DNA of 34,272 bases from NCBI GenBank assembly GCA_005885085.1, contig VAXY01000013.1, forward strand, positions 19,463 through 53,734. Reading direction: 5' to 3'. A model generated the notes under the pieces. That model was not told where the DNA came from. It saw only the letters and a list, made by a program, of their open reading frames with translations, and searched no databases. A program made the position numbers and the translations under genes. Position 1 is the first letter of the stretch, and each line of letters opens with the position of its first letter. This DNA comes from Actinomycetota bacterium (GTDB taxonomy: Bacteria; Actinomycetota; Thermoleophilia; Gaiellales; Gaiellaceae). Below, in pieces: positions 31,337 to 34,272 of this stretch.

Positions 31337-31951
31337 CTACGCCGTGAGGGTCATGCGCAGCACCGCCACACGGCGCGTCGGCCGTTCGGTCACGCGGTTG
31401 CCGAGGCGGCCGATCCGTTCCACCACCTTGAGGCCCTTCGTGACCACGCCGAGGATCGCGTAGTCCGGGGGCAAGCCCGCGTCGGGGCCGGTGACGATGA
31501 AGAACTGGCTCCCGGCCGACCCGCGCGGCTCCGTGGAGGACTTCGCCATCGCGACGACGCCCTCCGTGTACAGCGCATTGGCCGGCGGCACGTCGGCAAC
31601 CGTGTACCCGGGCCCGCCTCGCCCGGTTCCGGTGGGGTCACCGCCCTGGATGACGAACCCTGGGACGATCCGGTGGAAGATCGTCCCGTCGAAGAAGTGC
31701 TTTCGCACGAGTGCTGCGAACGACGACGTCGTGCAGGGGGAATCCTGAACGTCGAGACGGAAGGCGAACTCCCCGAGGTTCGTCAGCACGTCGACGTTGT
31801 GCGGCTCGTGGGGATCGAGCAGGGGAAACGTCACGTGGGCGCCCGTTGTCGGACAGCGATTCTCCGTCTCCGCCTTGCCGCGGCCGCCCCCACCGCACGC
31901 GGCCAGCAGGAGCACGGCGGCGGCTAGCGACAGCCGCGCAAGTCGCGCCAC
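31337..31951 (-). CDS. Cyclophilin-type peptidyl-prolyl cis-trans isomerase, probable lipoprotein
   Basis: GTG 31951 gives VARLARLSLAAAVLLLAAC (lipobox LAAC). FHRIVPGFVIQGGDPTGTGRGGPGY is the cyclophilin signature. The upstream part of track ORF ..32056 was rejected. Confidence 0.85.
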   Translation of the reverse strand: MARLARLSLAAAVLLLAACGGGGRGKAETENRCPTTGAHVTFPLLDPHEPHNVDVLTNLGEFAFRLDVQDSPCTTSSFAALVRKHFFDGTIFHRIVPGFVIQGGDPTGTGRGGPGYTVADVPPANALYTEGVVAMAKSSTEPRGSAGSQFFIVTGPDAGLPPDYAILGVVTKGLKVVERIGRLGNRVTERPTRRVAVLRMTLTA

Positions 31952-31958
31952 AGGGCGG

Positions 31959-32810
31959 TCACGTTCGCGGCCGGTCGGCGACCTCTTCCAGCGCGCGACG
32001 CACGAGCACGCGTGCGATCTCAACCTTGTAGGCCGTGCCCGGAAGGGGCGTGGCATCGTCGAGAGCCGTGGCTGCGTCGACGGTCCAGGGGATCGGAGCT
32101 ACCCCGGCGAGGGCAATACGAATCCCACCGGCACTGCGCACCGCGGCGACCCCGACGAGCGGAAACGCCCACTTCCGTCGGTCCATCGCCTTCAGGTACG
32201 TGGACGCATCGGGCACGGGCACGTCGACCTCGAGGATCAGCTCGTCGGGCGCGAGCGTCGTCGTATTGCGCGCGTCGTCGCTCGGGAGCCGGTACAGCTC
32301 CGCGACCGGCAGTTCACGCGCGGTCGTCCGCAACGTTCCGCCCAACGCGACCAGCGCGGCGGCGACATCCGAGGGATGCGCCGACGCGCAGAGCTCGTTC
32401 CCGAAGATCGCGTGCTCGCGATGTGCGCCGTCCTTGGCGAAGCAGCGCTCGCCGCCGTGCAGCCAGCAGTCGAAGCCCAGGCGCCAGTACCAGCAGCGGG
32501 TCGCCTGCAGCAGGTTGCCGCCCAGCGTTCCCATCGAGCGCAGCTGCGGCGAGGCGGCCAGCGAGCACGCTTGGCGGAGGGCCTGAGGGATCTGCGGATC
32601 GACCTCGAGCTCGGCCAGCGTCGTTCCGGCCCCGATCGTCGTCCCGTCGATGCCACGCGGAACCGCATCCGTGAGGTGGACGAGCGTGTCCGCGTGGACG
32701 AGCCCTTCACGGAGCAGCGGGACGATCTCGGTCCCACCCGCCAGCGCAACGGAGCCGTTGCCGAGCGCCGCCTTGGCTTCGTCCGCGCTAGACGGCCGTA
32801 GGAGCTCCAT
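31959..32810 (-). CDS. Xanthine dehydrogenase family FAD-binding (medium, CoxM-like) subunit
   Basis: ALAGGTEIVPLLREG and SMGTLGGNL are FAD_binding_5 motifs. 283 aa. Overlaps the upstream Mo-subunit gene by 23 nt. Confidence 0.85.
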   Translation of the reverse strand: MELLRPSSADEAKAALGNGSVALAGGTEIVPLLREGLVHADTLVHLTDAVPRGIDGTTIGAGTTLAELEVDPQIPQALRQACSLAASPQLRSMGTLGGNLLQATRCWYWRLGFDCWLHGGERCFAKDGAHREHAIFGNELCASAHPSDVAAALVALGGTLRTTARELPVAELYRLPSDDARNTTTLAPDELILEVDVPVPDASTYLKAMDRRKWAFPLVGVAAVRSAGGIRIALAGVAPIPWTVDAATALDDATPLPGTAYKVEIARVLVRRALEEVADRPRT

Positions 32811-34272
32811 GGCGCTCCCTCTCGCGCTCGGCCGCTTCTCGCAGCGCGCGCAGCATCTCCTCCCGGCTGATCGGCAGGGAGCGGACGTCCGCGCCCGTCG
32901 CGTCGCGGATCGCGTTCGCTATCGCCGCGGCCGTCGGGACGATCGGCGGCTCGCCGAGCCCTTTCGAACCGAGGTTGGTCAGATGCGGATCGGGCACGTC
33001 AACGAGGTCGGTGACGATCTCCGGGACGTCGGCGATCGTGGGCACCTTGTACGCGTCCAGCGTCCGCGTGAGGATCGATCCGGTCACAGGATCGACAATG
33101 CGCTGCTCGGAGAGCGTGTGGCCGATGCCCTGGATGATCCCGCCCTCCACCTGGCTCGACGCACCGAGCTGGTTGATCACGCGGCCGACATCGTGAATCG
33201 CGACGATCTTGTCGACGCGAACCTCGCCCGTCTCGACGTCGACCGCGACCTCCGCCACCTGGACGCCGAACGTCAGCACTTGCATGCCGGCGGGGTTTGG
33301 CCCGCGCGCGCCTTTGCCGAGGATCTGGCCGTCCTCGAGCAGGCCGGTGATCTCCGTCAGCGGCCACGAACTGCCGTCGGAGGAGACGATCTGGCCGTTC
33401 TTCACGTCGAGCACGCGCTCCTCGAGGTGGAACCGCTGTGCTGCGATCTCGATCAGCTGGCGTTTCGCGTCGGCGGCCGCAGAGCGCACGGCCGGGCCCA
33501 TCGAGGGCACCGTCGACGAGCCGGCCGAGATCGATGCGAACGGACCGCGGGCAGAGTCGCCGAGCGAGACCTGCACGTGCTCGAGCGGGACGCCGAGCTC
33601 CTCGGCGGCGATCTGTGCCATCGCGGTGCGCGTGCCGGTGCCGATGTCCTGCATCGCCGTGACGACCTGCACGCGGCCGTCCGCGCCCAGGCGGATCCAG
33701 GCGTACGACGGTGGTCCGCCACCGCCGTACCAGATCTGAGAGGCGAGACCGATGCCGTGCTTCCACGGTCCCTCGCTGCGCGCACGCACCTCGTCGCGCT
33801 TCGCCCAGTGCGGCTCCGCGCGCCGGTAGCACTCTTCGAGATTCTTGGAGGAGAACGGACGGTCGTCGACCCGGTCGGAGCCGGCGTAGTTGCGACGGCG
33901 CAGCTCGAGCGGGTCGAGGTCCAGCTTCGCCGCCAGCTCGTCGAGGAGGCATTCGAGCGCGAATGTGCCCTCGACGAACCCGGGCGCGCGGAACGCGGCC
34001 ATCGGCGGCAGGTTCAGCTTCGCCGGGTACTGAACTGTGCGCACATTGTCGCACGCGTACAACATCTTCATCGGCCCTTCGGTCGAGGCCGACCAGCCGG
34101 AGAGCCCAATCGCGTTGACGAACTCGCCGCCGAGCGCAACGAGCGTTCCGTCGGACTTGGCGGCCGCCGTGAGTCGTTGGATCGTCGCGTTGCGGTTGCC
34201 CGCCGCGATGTTCTCCTCGCGCCGCGTGAGCGCGCATTTGACCGGGCGGCCGGTGCGCTTAGCGAGCTCGGC
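32788..34272 (-). CDS. Xanthine dehydrogenase / aldehyde oxidase family molybdopterin-binding (large) subunit, C-terminal ~495 aa; 5' end outside window
   Basis: The frame stays open upstream of the track Met to the window edge (AELAKRTGRPVKCALTRREENIAAGNRNA...). Aldehyde-oxidase/XDH a/b-hammerhead C-terminal motifs include QDIGTGTRTAMAQIAAEELG, VHDVGRVINQLGASSQVEGGIIQGIG and GLGEPPIVPTAAAIANAI. Confidence 0.9.
   Translation of the reverse strand, partial: AELAKRTGRPVKCALTRREENIAAGNRNATIQRLTAAAKSDGTLVALGGEFVNAIGLSGWSASTEGPMKMLYACDNVRTVQYPAKLNLPPMAAFRAPGFVEGTFALECLLDELAAKLDLDPLELRRRNYAGSDRVDDRPFSSKNLEECYRRAEPHWAKRDEVRARSEGPWKHGIGLASQIWYGGGGPPSYAWIRLGADGRVQVVTAMQDIGTGTRTAMAQIAAEELGVPLEHVQVSLGDSARGPFASISAGSSTVPSMGPAVRSAAADAKRQLIEIAAQRFHLEERVLDVKNGQIVSSDGSSWPLTEITGLLEDGQILGKGARGPNPAGMQVLTFGVQVAEVAVDVETGEVRVDKIVAIHDVGRVINQLGASSQVEGGIIQGIGHTLSEQRIVDPVTGSILTRTLDAYKVPTIADVPEIVTDLVDVPDPHLTNLGSKGLGEPPIVPTAAAIANAIRDATGADVRSLPISREEMLRALREAAERERERHGAPTAV

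Noticed and set aside
1-34272. Searched by eye for mobile elements, prophage or integrase genes, tRNA/rRNA genes and CRISPR arrays
   Set aside because: I found no transposase or integrase motifs, no tRNA-like T-arm (GGTTCGAATCC-type) outside coding sequence, and no regularly spaced repeat-spacer array.

Overview
High-GC (about 70% by eye), Actinomycetota-like chromosomal segment; the class is not determinable from this window. I saw no rRNA, tRNA, CRISPR array, IS element or integrase.

Gene order:
- qcrB 3' end, a stand-alone cNMP-binding protein, three small unknown genes, and aconitase.
- A sulfate ABC operon (sbp-cysT-cysW-cysA) with a convergent Rrf2 regulator.
- A collagen-like anchored protein.
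- An FNT channel translationally coupled to a frameshifted F420-type LLM oxidoreductase.
- A 9-kb co-directional block. It holds a selenocysteine formate dehydrogenase (fdhA-fdhB-NrfD-type fdhC), followed 49 nt later by an MrpA-less Mrp/Mbh-type membrane module (E-F-G-DUF4040-B-C-D).
- A frameshifted htrA.
- A sulfite-oxidase-like / FNR-like / DUF6510 trio.
- A CxxxxC flavoprotein disulfide reductase.
- An ECF sigma / ZAS anti-sigma / unknown operon.
- A CPA2 antiporter.
- A three-gene cassette (unknown, GCS2/YbdK ligase, HMA-like CxxC protein) bracketed by two copies of a 27-nt palindrome.
- A SigR/SigH-RsrA pair with a textbook GGAAT-N18-GTT promoter.
- An HTH-LytR_C protein, a MocA-like transferase, a cyclophilin lipoprotein, and xanthine-dehydrogenase-family FAD and Mo subunits.

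Most interesting observations:
1. The FDH-NrfD-Mrp block may be an ion-translocating formate oxidoreductase with no hydrogenase module.
2. A GGGGTCTGACCCC palindromic repeat family has one dimer inserted in frame inside fdhB.
3. The palindrome-bracketed ligase cassette.
4. A duplicated 66-nt intergenic element has a partial copy upstream of that cassette.
5. Gene lesions are unusually dense: three frameshifts plus an in-frame cysW deletion. These are either assembly errors or gene decay.

All functional calls come from motif recognition by eye. No database search was run.
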